64,000 nucleotides of DNA from an uncultured Candidatus Planktophila sp. Its GTDB lineage: Bacteria; Actinomycetota; Actinomycetes; Nanopelagicales; Nanopelagicaceae. The notes beneath the pieces are model-generated. The model was not told the DNA's origin. It did no database searches and saw only the letters and a program-made list of their open reading frames with translations. Below are positions 28,359 through 38,221 of this stretch, one piece after another. Position 1 is the stretch's first letter; every line of letters starts with the position of its first letter. The position numbers and the translations under genes are program-made. The DNA lies in the NCBI GenBank assembly GCA_964576975.1, contig CAZNWM010000002.1, positions 3,811-67,810 of the forward strand, given 5' to 3'.

Positions 28359-29492
28359 ATGAAGTTTCGCTCTCGAAAATCCAAAGTGCCAACATATGCG
28401 CCATGGTGGAACTCTCAAGATTTTCCACGTTCCAATAGAGGAGTCACTCCTGGCACACTCGTTGTGCTTGCAATCATCGCTGGAATAATTGGTGGAGCAC
28501 TCGGCATCAATGCATCAGGCGGTTTTTTTGGCGCCAAAGCTAATTTAGTTTCTGCTTCAAATTCAGTTGAACGCAAACCTGATTCGGTTGCTGGTTTAGC
28601 AAATCGCGTCCTGCCATCTGTGGTTTCAATTACGACAGCTGCCGGAAGTTCTGGTTCAGGATTTATCATCGATAGCTCAGGCTTTATTCTGACAAATAAT
28701 CATGTGGTTGAAGATGCCGCACTATCGAAGGCAAAGATTGTTGTCACGCTTAATAACGGTCAAGAATTTGAAAGCAGGATTGTTGGTCGAGATGCTTCTT
28801 ACGACTTAGCAGTGCTGAAAATTCTTGCTACAGGGTTGCCTGCTCTTCAATTTGGCGACAGTGACAAAGTTGCAGTCGGCGATTCAGTTATCGCCATTGG
28901 TTCACCGCTTGGATTATCTGGAACAGTGACACTCGGCATCATTAGCGCAAAAGACCGCGCTGTAACTGCCGGTGGTTCAGCGGGTGAGAGCGCATTTATT
29001 AATGCGCTACAGACAGATGCAGCAATTAATCCTGGCAATTCTGGTGGACCATTGATTGACACCACAGGAGCAGTTATCGGAGTTAACTCCGCTATAGCAA
29101 CTCTTAGCGGATCATTGAATTCTCAAGCAGGATCAATTGGTTTAGGTTTTGCAATTCCAATTAATCAAGCAAGAAAAACAGCTAATCAATTAATCACAAC
29201 TGGTAAAGCGTCATATCCTGTAATGGGTATCTCAATCGACATGAACTTTGCAGGACCTGGCGCCAAGATAACAACAACAGATGGTGCAATTCTTCCTGGT
29301 GGTCCAGCACAAAAAGCTGGCCTTAAGCCGGGGGATTTGATTATTGAATTTGGCGGCAAAGCAATTGGCAATCCTGATGAATTAATTGTTGCTATTCGAG
29401 CCAGAAATATTGGAGACCGTGTGGAAGTTAAGTTCAAACGCGGCAGCAGCACACGATCAGCGACTGTCACGCTAACTGCTGGCAAGAACTAA
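28359..29492 (+). CDS. htrA: HtrA-like trypsin serine protease with PDZ domain
   Basis: TM anchor, LTNNHVV, DLAVL, QTDAAINPGNSGGPL and a C-terminal PDZ. Confidence 0.93.
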   Translation: MKFRSRKSKVPTYAPWWNSQDFPRSNRGVTPGTLVVLAIIAGIIGGALGINASGGFFGAKANLVSASNSVERKPDSVAGLANRVLPSVVSITTAAGSSGSGFIIDSSGFILTNNHVVEDAALSKAKIVVTLNNGQEFESRIVGRDASYDLAVLKILATGLPALQFGDSDKVAVGDSVIAIGSPLGLSGTVTLGIISAKDRAVTAGGSAGESAFINALQTDAAINPGNSGGPLIDTTGAVIGVNSAIATLSGSLNSQAGSIGLGFAIPINQARKTANQLITTGKASYPVMGISIDMNFAGPGAKITTTDGAILPGGPAQKAGLKPGDLIIEFGGKAIGNPDELIVAIRARNIGDRVEVKFKRGSSTRSATVTLTAGKN

Positions 29493-29518
29493 TTCATGGC
29501 ACGCACTAGGCTAACAAC

Positions 29519-29818
29519 ATGATTTTCGGCATTGGCCCAGGTGAATTTATTGGCTTGGCAGTACTTGCTATCTTTTTTGTCGGCCCAGAGCGTTTGCCTA
29601 AGTTTTCATCCGATGCTGCAAAATTTCTAAAAAAAGCTAAGAGCATGGCAACGACTGCAACGGCAGAGCTTCGCGAAAATCTTGGTCCGGGTTTTGAAGA
29701 TTTACAACCATCAGATTTAAATCCAAGGACATTCATCAAGAAGCAACTCGCTGGCGCCCTTGATGAAGATAAACCGCGTAATGCAGCCACACCAAAGATG
29801 GATCCAGATTTGTTATGA
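29519..29818 (+). CDS. tatB: Twin-arginine translocase subunit TatB
   Basis: FGIG..E...LA....F.GPERLP and ELRENLGPGFED; TAGGCT -10 box lies 6 nt upstream. Confidence 0.88.
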   Translation: MIFGIGPGEFIGLAVLAIFFVGPERLPKFSSDAAKFLKKAKSMATTATAELRENLGPGFEDLQPSDLNPRTFIKKQLAGALDEDKPRNAATPKMDPDLL

Positions 29819-30936
29819 CCGTTATCGAATCCATTCACGCTGCACTTGCAACTGTAGAAGACCCGGAAATTCATCGCCCATTACCTGATCTCGGTATGGT
29901 CGAATCTGTACAAGCCGATGGTGGAGTTGCCCGCCTAAAGATTCTGCTCACTATTTCAGGATGTCCAATGCAAGATCGATTGCGCACAGACATTACAAAA
30001 GCAGTTATGGCTGTAGAAAGTATTTCATCCGTTGAAATTACTTTTGGTGTGATGGATGAAGAGCAACGTGGAAAACTGAAATCTCTTTTACGAAATGGCC
30101 GCGAAAAAATCATTCCATTCGCCCAACCCGAATCCCTTACTCGTGTAATCGGTATCGCATCTGGAAAAGGTGGAGTTGGAAAGTCATCTCTGACAGTGAA
30201 CTTGGCTGTTGCTGCAGCTCAAAAAGGTTTGCGTGTAGGAATTTTAGATGCAGATGTTTATGGGCACTCCGTTCCAAGGTTAATGGGATTAATTGGGCAA
30301 CGCCCAACTGCAATCGATCAGATGTTTATTCCGCTTGAGGCCTACGGTGTCAAAGTAGTTTCAATGGAGATGTTCAAGCCTGAGCGATCTGATGCGGTTG
30401 CCTACCGTGGTCCACTTCTACATAAAGTTTTAGAACAATTACTCTCGGATGCTTACTGGGGTGATTTAGATTTATTACTTATTGATTTACCACCAGGAAC
30501 TGGCGATCTTGCAATTTCTCTAGGTCAACTCATTCCTGGATCAGAAATACTTGTTGTAACAACACCACAAGTTGCTGCGGCCGAAGTTGCAGAGCGTGCT
30601 GGACGTATTGCACATCAGATTAAGCAGCATTTAGTCGGAGTAATTGAAAACATGTCAGATTTTCCTTGCCCTAACTGCAGTGACACGATTTCTTTATTTG
30701 GTTCTGGCGGCGGCGAGGAAACGGCGAAACGTCTTTCAGAGTTAGCCGGAATCGATGTCCCACTGCTTGGAAAAGTTCCATTTAGTCCAGATCTTCGAAC
30801 TGGTGGCGACAATGGCGCACCTGTCGTAGTTCAATTCCCAGACAGTGCAGCTTCTCAATCAGTTAATGCAATTGTGGATCAATTAGTTGTTCGCAAGAAA
30901 TCACTTCTCGGTGTCAGACTTGGACTTGCTACGTAA
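29815..30936 (+). CDS. mrp: Mrp/NBP35 Fe-S cluster carrier ATPase
   Basis: N-terminal FeS-assembly-P domain (V.DPEI, ISGCP), SGKGGVGKS, DLPPGTGD, ENMS and CPNC. Confidence 0.93.
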   Translation: MTVIESIHAALATVEDPEIHRPLPDLGMVESVQADGGVARLKILLTISGCPMQDRLRTDITKAVMAVESISSVEITFGVMDEEQRGKLKSLLRNGREKIIPFAQPESLTRVIGIASGKGGVGKSSLTVNLAVAAAQKGLRVGILDADVYGHSVPRLMGLIGQRPTAIDQMFIPLEAYGVKVVSMEMFKPERSDAVAYRGPLLHKVLEQLLSDAYWGDLDLLLIDLPPGTGDLAISLGQLIPGSEILVVTTPQVAAAEVAERAGRIAHQIKQHLVGVIENMSDFPCPNCSDTISLFGSGGGEETAKRLSELAGIDVPLLGKVPFSPDLRTGGDNGAPVVVQFPDSAASQSVNAIVDQLVVRKKSLLGVRLGLAT

Positions 30937-31401
30937 TTCATCAAGAACTTCTTCAAGCATGTCTTTTAGTTCATTTCGCAAGAAATCACGTGTTGCAACT
31001 TCTCCTAATGCATTACGAAGACTCGCTAATTCACGAGTTAAATACTCTGTATCTGCAATTGAGCGCTCATTTCGCGCACGATCTTCACTCACCTGAATAC
31101 GGTCACGGTCTGCTTGACGATTTTGCGCAAGGAGAATTAAAGGCGCAGCATATGAAGCTTGCAGCGACAAGATCAGAGTAAGAAAGATAAATGGATAGTC
31201 ATCAAAGCGAAGATCTCTTGGCGCAAATGCATTCCAGAAAACCCAACTAAGGACAAAAACTGTCATGTAGACCAGGAAGCCCGCAGTTCCTAAGAATCGT
31301 GCGAATCGCTCTGATAAGCGACCAAAGGCTTCAGGATCAAAGTTTGGGCGAAATGTTCGACCTGTCTCGCGAGGAGTATCCAAACGATTGTTGCGTGCCA
31401 T
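30901..31401 (-). CDS. DUF1003 membrane protein
   Basis: FDDYPFIFLTLILSLQASYAAPLILLAQNRQ signature. Confidence 0.9.
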   Translation of the reverse strand: MARNNRLDTPRETGRTFRPNFDPEAFGRLSERFARFLGTAGFLVYMTVFVLSWVFWNAFAPRDLRFDDYPFIFLTLILSLQASYAAPLILLAQNRQADRDRIQVSEDRARNERSIADTEYLTRELASLRNALGEVATRDFLRNELKDMLEEVLDELRSKSKSDTEK

Positions 31402-32712
31402 TTATTTTCCCTCGCTCTCTTGCGTATCGAGTAAATGCTCATGTTCCAAAACGTTTACAGTCTTAGATAAATCACGGTGATCGTGTCGCCAGTTTTCAGG
31501 CAACAAGTGATCTAGTACGTCATCAACGGTTACTGCCCCTAGCAAGCGTTCGTTCGCATCTACTACTGGCACTGATAACAAGTTGTAACTAGCTAAGTAT
31601 GACGAAACTTCATTTAACGATGCTTGGGGATTTAGTCCTTGCGTATCAGTATCAACCATCGAGCCAAGTAGCGTTGATGGCGCTTCGCGCAATAAGCGCT
31701 GATAGTGTGCAATTCCGATGAATCGTCCAGTAGGAGTTTCAAGCGGTGCGCGACAAATGAAGATTTGCGAGGCAAGAGCTGGAGAAATTTCACTTTGGCG
31801 CACAGCAGCTAGTGCTTCAGCAACAGTGTTATCTGCTGTCATAACAATTGGTTCTGTTGTCATCATGCCGCCCGCTGTGTAATCCTCATAGTTCATCAAG
31901 CGTCGAACATCTTCGGCATCTTCTGGTTCCATCAACTCAAGAAGCGCTTGTGCGCGCTCTTGTCCAACTTCACGGAGCAAGTCGGCAGCATCATCTGGAT
32001 CCATTTCACCTAAAACATCAGCTGCACGTTCGCCTTCTAACTCTGCCAACAACTCAACCCGCTCTGCTTCATCCATCTCTTCGAGAACATCTGCAAGCCG
32101 TTCGTCATTGAGTGCGCGTGCAACTTCAACACGACGCTTAGGAGCAAGGTCGTGCATTACGGAGGCAAGGTCGGCCGCGCGAAGTGTGCTCAACGTTGAA
32201 AGCAAATTTGCAACACCTTGGTTGTGTTCAGCAACTGCGAAACCAGTTATTTCTTCCCAGAGAACTGTTGATGTTGCACCTTTACGACGCAATCCAGTGC
32301 CACGGCGCATGATGTGAACACGAGTGATCAGCCAATCACCACTTCGATTCTGTTCCATTCCCATATCTTCAACAACAACATTTTCGCCAGTTTCAAGAAG
32401 TGAAATAGAACGATCAAGCATGTCACCGAGAACAAGTACTTCACCGGTGCGCGCTTCAAAACGGCGCATGTTAAGTAAACCTGTAATAACAACTGCTCCA
32501 CTCTCTATTGAGTTGACGCGAGTAATTGGAACAAAGACACGACGACGTAGTGGTACTTCAACAATTAATCCCAAAATGCGCGGTGGTTGATTATTTGCAC
32601 GAAGGGTCGCCAGTGCATCTCGCACCTTTCCTACTGGATCACCATTTGGATCAAAGACCGCGGTACCTGCAAGACGGGCGAGAAATACTCGATTAATCAA
32701 GTTTCCGCTCAT
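31402..32712 (-). CDS. MgtE-like cytosolic protein (PRC + MgtE_N + CBS), no TM domain
   Basis: Asp/Glu-rich MgtE_N repeats (MDPDDAADLL), AGGMMTTE, and a CBS pair ending GAVTVDDVLDHL. Confidence 0.88.
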   Translation of the reverse strand: MSGNLINRVFLARLAGTAVFDPNGDPVGKVRDALATLRANNQPPRILGLIVEVPLRRRVFVPITRVNSIESGAVVITGLLNMRRFEARTGEVLVLGDMLDRSISLLETGENVVVEDMGMEQNRSGDWLITRVHIMRRGTGLRRKGATSTVLWEEITGFAVAEHNQGVANLLSTLSTLRAADLASVMHDLAPKRRVEVARALNDERLADVLEEMDEAERVELLAELEGERAADVLGEMDPDDAADLLREVGQERAQALLELMEPEDAEDVRRLMNYEDYTAGGMMTTEPIVMTADNTVAEALAAVRQSEISPALASQIFICRAPLETPTGRFIGIAHYQRLLREAPSTLLGSMVDTDTQGLNPQASLNEVSSYLASYNLLSVPVVDANERLLGAVTVDDVLDHLLPENWRHDHRDLSKTVNVLEHEHLLDTQESEGK

Positions 32713-32783
32713 GGGCTAAGGGTAACGGTTATAACTGCCTGCATGCTTTCGCTTAAATTGCATTAAATAGATACTTTTGGGTT

Positions 32784-33689
32784 ATGCAAGAGCAGAAATC
32801 ACTCATCAATAGCCATACGGCGATGCCGGGGCGTGCTGATTCGATTCGACTGTTGATTGGAATATTTGGCATAGGTGTATCTGGTCCACTTATTGCTCTG
32901 AGCACTATGCCTGTTGTGACTTTAATTTTCTGGCGAAATCTTGGTGGAGCATTAGTGATGGCTCCTTTTGCATTGAGACATCATGCCAATCGCAGAGCAA
33001 TAGCTTGGGCTGCATTAGGTGGTTTTGTATTGGCAATGCACTTCATCGCATTTTTCTTGGCGATGCGCCTAACAACTGTTGCCGCTGGCACCGCACTCGT
33101 TGCTCTGCAACCAATATTTGCAGCCCTCTTTGTCAAAGTTAAAGGTGGTCATATTCCATCTCGAGCGTGGCTCGGAATGGTTGTGAGTTTTTCTGGCGTA
33201 CTTTTAATTTCAGGTGTGGATTTAAGTATTTCACTGCGTGCTTTTACCGGAGATGTTGCAGCCATTATCTCTGCCGTACTTGCGGCAATTTATGTGATGA
33301 TTGGTTCGAAGGCACAACAGAGTTTAGAAACGAGTGCCTACACTGCAATCTGTTACGCAACGTGTGCGCTCACGGCTTTGCCGATTGTTCTAATTGGCGG
33401 CTTTCAATTATGGAACTTCAGCAGCACCGAATGGTGGCTAGTAATAGCGCTAGTTGTTTTTGCTCAGCTTCTAGGTCATAACATGTTTAATGCTGCATTA
33501 AAGCGAGTCTCACCTGCTGTGGTTTCCTTAATAATCTTCTTCGAGGTACCTGTTGCTTCTTTGTTAGCCATCTGGTGGTTAAACCAAACACCACCTATTG
33601 GAATCTTGCCAGGAATTGTTCTTATTCTCGGGGGATGCGCACTCGTAGTTTTGCGAACACGTCCTATAAAGACAGAGCCACTGCCATGA
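32784..33689 (+). CDS. DMT/EamA family transporter
   Basis: About 10 hydrophobic segments; HFIAFF...TTVAAGTAL and FAQLLGHNMFN. Confidence 0.85.
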   Translation: MQEQKSLINSHTAMPGRADSIRLLIGIFGIGVSGPLIALSTMPVVTLIFWRNLGGALVMAPFALRHHANRRAIAWAALGGFVLAMHFIAFFLAMRLTTVAAGTALVALQPIFAALFVKVKGGHIPSRAWLGMVVSFSGVLLISGVDLSISLRAFTGDVAAIISAVLAAIYVMIGSKAQQSLETSAYTAICYATCALTALPIVLIGGFQLWNFSSTEWWLVIALVVFAQLLGHNMFNAALKRVSPAVVSLIIFFEVPVASLLAIWWLNQTPPIGILPGIVLILGGCALVVLRTRPIKTEPLP

Positions 33690-34531
33690 TTGATTTACAC
33701 ACCCATACAGATTGCAGTGACGGTACTGACACCCCTGCACAATTAGTAAACAAAGCTTTAGCTGAAGGATTCTCTGTATTAGCAATTACTGATCACGACA
33801 CAACATCTGGTTGGAAAGCAGCACAGGAAGCACTTCGTCCAGGTTTATCTCTTGCATTGGGCGCAGAAATTTCATGCTTAACAAAAGATGGAATCAGCGT
33901 GCACATGCTTGGCTTGCTCTTTGATGGCAGTAACGCCGCGATGCAAGAGATGCTCGAAGACACTCGAGATGGTCGAATTCCACGCGCGCGTAAGATGATT
34001 GAATTACTCAACGCTGCGGGAATAAAGATTTCAATGGCAGATGTGGAGTCTGTAAAACCATCTGGAGCAACATTAGGCAGACCACATATTGCAGATGCAC
34101 TAGTAAAAAATGGCGTTGTCGCATCGCGTGACGAGGCGTTTACAGATTTACTACATAACGATTCTCCATTTTACGTTGCACACGTTGCACCAACTCCAGA
34201 GGATGCAGTTTCAATGATTCGTCGGGCTGGCGGTGTTTCGGTAATCGCCCATGCTTTTGCTTCACTCCGCGGAAAAGTTCTGTCGGTAGATGATTTTTTG
34301 CCGCTAAAAAACGCAGGATTAAATGCGATTGAAGTTAATCACCGAGATCACAGCAATGAAGAACGAATTGCGCTTGCGCACATCGCTCGTGAATTAGATC
34401 TCGTGATAACTGGTGCAAGCGACTACCACGGCACAGGTAAACTTAATTCACTAGGCGAAAACCTCACTGAACAGGCACAATGGGAACGCCTCGAGTCAGA
34501 GGCAGATCAACGAAGGGTAATCAGAGCATGA
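33686..34531 (+). CDS. PHP-domain phosphoesterase (YciV/TrpH-like)
   Basis: DLHTHTDCSDG, ITDHD, GAEISC, GRPHIA, AHAF and GASDYHG; ATGA overlap start at 33686. Confidence 0.9.
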   Translation: MIDLHTHTDCSDGTDTPAQLVNKALAEGFSVLAITDHDTTSGWKAAQEALRPGLSLALGAEISCLTKDGISVHMLGLLFDGSNAAMQEMLEDTRDGRIPRARKMIELLNAAGIKISMADVESVKPSGATLGRPHIADALVKNGVVASRDEAFTDLLHNDSPFYVAHVAPTPEDAVSMIRRAGGVSVIAHAFASLRGKVLSVDDFLPLKNAGLNAIEVNHRDHSNEERIALAHIARELDLVITGASDYHGTGKLNSLGENLTEQAQWERLESEADQRRVIRA

Positions 34532-35145
34532 GTATTGGCGAGGTCACCGCAGTAACTTTTGCTTTACAAGCTTTTGTAACTCTTTTCGTAATCATGGACC
34601 CACCCGGTTCTATTCCAATTTTTCTTGGACTTGTCTCCGACAAATCTCCTGCCACTCGACGCAAGCTCGCATGGCAAGCCGCTGCTGTCTCCATGGTTGT
34701 CATTACATCCTTTGCACTCTTTGGTCGCTGGGTACTTTCGTACTTAAATATTTCGCTCGAGTCTTTGCAAGCAGCAGGTGGACTTTTGTTACTGATCGTC
34801 TCACTTGAATTACTTATGGGTGGGCGCCAAGGATCAGAGAGTAAGAAATCTAATAACATCGCATTAGTTCCTCTTGGCACACCGCTATTGGCTGGACCAG
34901 GCGCAATTGTTGCCACAATGATTTACGTTCAAAAAATTGACAATGTTGAACAAGGTATCGGACTAGCCGTTGCAGTAGTTGCCGTTCACCTTGCAATTGC
35001 CTTAACTCTGATGGCCTCAACAACTATTCTTAAAGTAATCAAAGAAACCGGTGTAAATCTCGTTGCAAGCATCGCAGGTCTTTTGCTCGCAGCAATTGCA
35101 ATTCAAATGATCGCCGATGCCATTAAGGCGTTTACTGCTGCATGA
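34528..35145 (+). CDS. MarC family membrane protein
   Basis: LFVIMDPPG and VPLGTPLLAGPGAI; ATGA overlap start. Confidence 0.9.
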   Translation: MSIGEVTAVTFALQAFVTLFVIMDPPGSIPIFLGLVSDKSPATRRKLAWQAAAVSMVVITSFALFGRWVLSYLNISLESLQAAGGLLLLIVSLELLMGGRQGSESKKSNNIALVPLGTPLLAGPGAIVATMIYVQKIDNVEQGIGLAVAVVAVHLAIALTLMASTTILKVIKETGVNLVASIAGLLLAAIAIQMIADAIKAFTAA

Positions 35146-35930
35146 GTCCAGAGCTAGGTTTGTATTCACCAGAAAGTATTGTCTGGAAAGTTCACAGTGA
35201 TCCGTCAATGGTTGTTGGTGGAATCCGAGCGTTATTGCAGCAAGCCCTTCATCCTGTAGCAATGGATGGCGTAGCCAAAAATTCCAACTTTCGCGAAGAT
35301 ACCTGGGGAAGATTGCAACGCACTGGTGATTACGTTTCAACCCTTAGCTTCGCTCCACGTGCGGAGGCAGAAAAACTTGCAGCACGTGTCCGTTCAGTTC
35401 ACACCAAACTTGGCTTGGATGATCCACACCTTCTTTTATGGGTACACATGTCACTGGTTGATTCATTTATAGATGTTGCACGTCGTTCGGGTTTATCTCT
35501 TGCTCCACAAGATCTCGATCAATACGTTCTAGAAATGGTTACCTTTGCTGAACTAGTTGGAATTGATTCTGATTCAGTGCCAAAAGATATGAAGGAGTTA
35601 AAGACCTATTTCGAAGACATCGCACCTGAATTAGAGGCAAGTGATGATGCCAAACGCACCGCACTCTTTCTCGCTGTTCCGCCAATGCCAAACGCCATTC
35701 GTTTTGCAACACCTGCAGCACCTGCCTGGGCAACCCTGAGTGCACTGGCAACAGCATCGCTTCCACACTGGGCGCGCAAGTTATATGCAGTTCCTGCATT
35801 GCCTGGACACGACACAGTTACAAATGCAGCGCTGGTAGCAACGCGCTCAACACTTAAGTTATTGCCAGAAAATATTTTTCAGCCTCCAATACTTAAGGAA
35901 GCTCGCATCCGCTGGGGAATAGCTTCATGA
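35142..35930 (+). CDS. Oxygenase MpaB/DUF2236 family protein
   Basis: GGIRALLQQALHP, WGRLQRT, VRSVH and LLWVH. Confidence 0.88.
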   Translation: MSPELGLYSPESIVWKVHSDPSMVVGGIRALLQQALHPVAMDGVAKNSNFREDTWGRLQRTGDYVSTLSFAPRAEAEKLAARVRSVHTKLGLDDPHLLLWVHMSLVDSFIDVARRSGLSLAPQDLDQYVLEMVTFAELVGIDSDSVPKDMKELKTYFEDIAPELEASDDAKRTALFLAVPPMPNAIRFATPAAPAWATLSALATASLPHWARKLYAVPALPGHDTVTNAALVATRSTLKLLPENIFQPPILKEARIRWGIAS

Positions 35931-36613
35931 CATCGATTATTGCTGTTGCCAATATTGCAGGCGGCACGCATAAAACAACTGCTGCGCATTCGTTATCAGT
36001 TGCCATAGTTGAGTATGGAAAAAAAGTTTTGTTAATTGATCTAGACCCACGTGCCGAATTAACTTTTAACGTAGGTTTTGAAAGATCTAGAGAAACCATC
36101 GTAGAAATGCTTCAAGGATCTTCACTGGCACAAAGCAATGACATTACAACCGACGAGCGATTTGACTTTATTGGCGCTGATTCGAGATTAGCCTCACTGA
36201 GTGATGTCAACTCTCTCAAATCCTTTTTGAGTAAAGTGCCAAATAAATACGATGTAATTGTTATTGATACTTCATCTCAAGTGGATTCACGCACGGCTAT
36301 GGCCTTTAGCGTTGCTGATGCAATCGTGGTTCCATCGGATTCATCAATTCATAGCATCCGTGGGGCTTTAAATACAATGAAAATTGAATCCAACGCACAG
36401 AGATTTGTTCTACCAAGTGATCAATTCACATCTGAACAAGCTGCGCTTTTCTCTAGTGCAATTATTTTGGATGCACTCATCCCCGCACACACAGATATTG
36501 ATCAGGCGATAGCACAGAAGCGAAGTGTGCTTACTGCTGATAAGAATGCCGATTTTGCCCAGGCTTATCGAGAGGCTGCTTATAGCCTTTTAGAACACCT
36601 CAAGTTTTTTTAA
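35927..36613 (+). CDS. ParA/Soj-family protein with degenerate Walker A
   Basis: VANIAGGTHKTT, VLLIDLDP and YDVIVIDT; lacks the signature Lys of KGGxGKT. Confidence 0.8.
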   Translation: MTSIIAVANIAGGTHKTTAAHSLSVAIVEYGKKVLLIDLDPRAELTFNVGFERSRETIVEMLQGSSLAQSNDITTDERFDFIGADSRLASLSDVNSLKSFLSKVPNKYDVIVIDTSSQVDSRTAMAFSVADAIVVPSDSSIHSIRGALNTMKIESNAQRFVLPSDQFTSEQAALFSSAIILDALIPAHTDIDQAIAQKRSVLTADKNADFAQAYREAAYSLLEHLKFF

Positions 36614-37920
36614 GTAGTTTTAAACTTTTTCGTGCGAGTTCTCTCACGCTTTTCACGAGTCTGCTCTACCTTCGCAGCAGCCTCAACCTTCGCAGGTTTA
36701 GCTTTAACCATTCGCCCAGTTGAACCCGCAGGAATCTTCATTACTTCATAGAGATGCTCTGAAGAAGAGTATGTTTCTTCTGGTTCGGGTAGACCGAGTT
36801 TGAGCGCCATATCAATCATTTTCCAGCGCGCCATTTCATCCCAATCAACAAATGTCACAGCGATTCCATGTGCACCAGCGCGTGCCGTACGACCAATTCT
36901 ATGAACATAAGTCTTTTCATCTTCAGGACATTGGTAGTTAATTACGTGAGTAATTCCATCGATATCAATTCCACGCGCTGCAACATCTGTTGCAACAAGT
37001 ACATCTGTTTTGCCTGCCTTGAAATCATTGAGAGCTTTTTCGCGTGCATTCTGGGCTAAATCACCATGAATAGTGGCTGATCTAAATCCGCGCTCAAGTA
37101 AATCATCTGCAGTTTTTTGGCACGTACGCTTTGTGCGACAAAAGACGATAGTAGGACCGCGACCTTCAGCCTGCAGAATTCGCGCCAGCATTTCAATTTT
37201 ATCCATTGCATGTGCGCGATAAACATGTTGTTCAATTTTTGATACGACGGCGCCTTCATCTTCATTGTCCTGAGTACGAATGTGAATTGGTTGATTCATG
37301 AATCGGCGCGCAAGGTTGAGGATGTCACCAGGCATAGTTGCTGAGAAAAGCATTGTTTGAGTTCGTTTTGGAGTGCTCGTGAAGATTTTTTCTACATCGG
37401 GCAAGAATCCTAAATCCAACATTTCATCAGCTTCATCGAGAACAAGTCGCGATACTTCTTTAAGTTTAAGTTGACCTTGGCGATACAGGTCTAAAAGTCG
37501 CCCAGGTGTGCCAACAACTATTTCGACTCCAGCGTTGAGCGAATCGATTTGTGGCTCAAATGCACGGCCGCCATAAACAGCCAATGTTCTAATGCCTCGA
37601 TTGCCAGCGAGCTCATCAATATCTTTTGCAACTTGAATGCACAGTTCGCGCGTTGGTACCACAACTAGGACTTGTGGCAATCCTTGATGCTCGAGTTCTT
37701 TCCATTCGAGATCTTTCGGCGCAATGACTCGTTCAATGAGTGGAATTCCAAATGCCAGAGTTTTGCCTGTACCTGTTTTTGCTTGCCCGATTACATCGCC
37801 ATCTGAAAGCGCGATAGGAAGGACCATTTCCTGAATTGGAAATGGTGAAGCAAAGCCGTGCTCTTTGAGAGCAGCTTTTGTCTCTGGGCGAAGGGGAAGT
37901 TCTTCGAAAGTTAGTGACAC
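36610..37920 (-). CDS. DEAD-box RNA helicase (RhlE/Rv3211-like)
   Basis: PFPIQ, GTGKT, PTRELC, TPGRL, DEAD, SAT, TDVAARGID and HRIGRT. Confidence 0.95.
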   Translation of the reverse strand: MSLTFEELPLRPETKAALKEHGFASPFPIQEMVLPIALSDGDVIGQAKTGTGKTLAFGIPLIERVIAPKDLEWKELEHQGLPQVLVVVPTRELCIQVAKDIDELAGNRGIRTLAVYGGRAFEPQIDSLNAGVEIVVGTPGRLLDLYRQGQLKLKEVSRLVLDEADEMLDLGFLPDVEKIFTSTPKRTQTMLFSATMPGDILNLARRFMNQPIHIRTQDNEDEGAVVSKIEQHVYRAHAMDKIEMLARILQAEGRGPTIVFCRTKRTCQKTADDLLERGFRSATIHGDLAQNAREKALNDFKAGKTDVLVATDVAARGIDIDGITHVINYQCPEDEKTYVHRIGRTARAGAHGIAVTFVDWDEMARWKMIDMALKLGLPEPEETYSSSEHLYEVMKIPAGSTGRMVKAKPAKVEAAAKVEQTREKRERTRTKKFKTT

Positions 37921-38178
37921 TTACTGGACGCCAAAACCGACACGACGATCGGTTTGTTCGCCAATTTCTACAAAACCAATTTTGTCTGCAGGAACGATAA
38001 CCACTCGACCACGTATGTCTTCTAGTGTTAGCGCATCACCAGATTTAAGGGCTGCGCTCACCGCACTTTGTATTTCTGCAGCACTTAGAGCGCTCTCGAA
38101 ATTTAAATCAGAAGCTACGTTTGCAACTGTGATACGAACCTGAATCTTATTTGCGCTATCGCTTTTCTTTGTACTCAT
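37921..38178 (-). CDS. DUF3107 domain protein
   Basis: LTLEDIRGRVVIVPADKIGFVEIG...RRVGF signature. Confidence 0.85.
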   Translation of the reverse strand: MSTKKSDSANKIQVRITVANVASDLNFESALSAAEIQSAVSAALKSGDALTLEDIRGRVVIVPADKIGFVEIGEQTDRRVGFGVQ

Positions 38179-38221
38179 AGTTGCTAATACTACCGATTAA
38201 ATACCCTGCTTGTTTGCCAGA

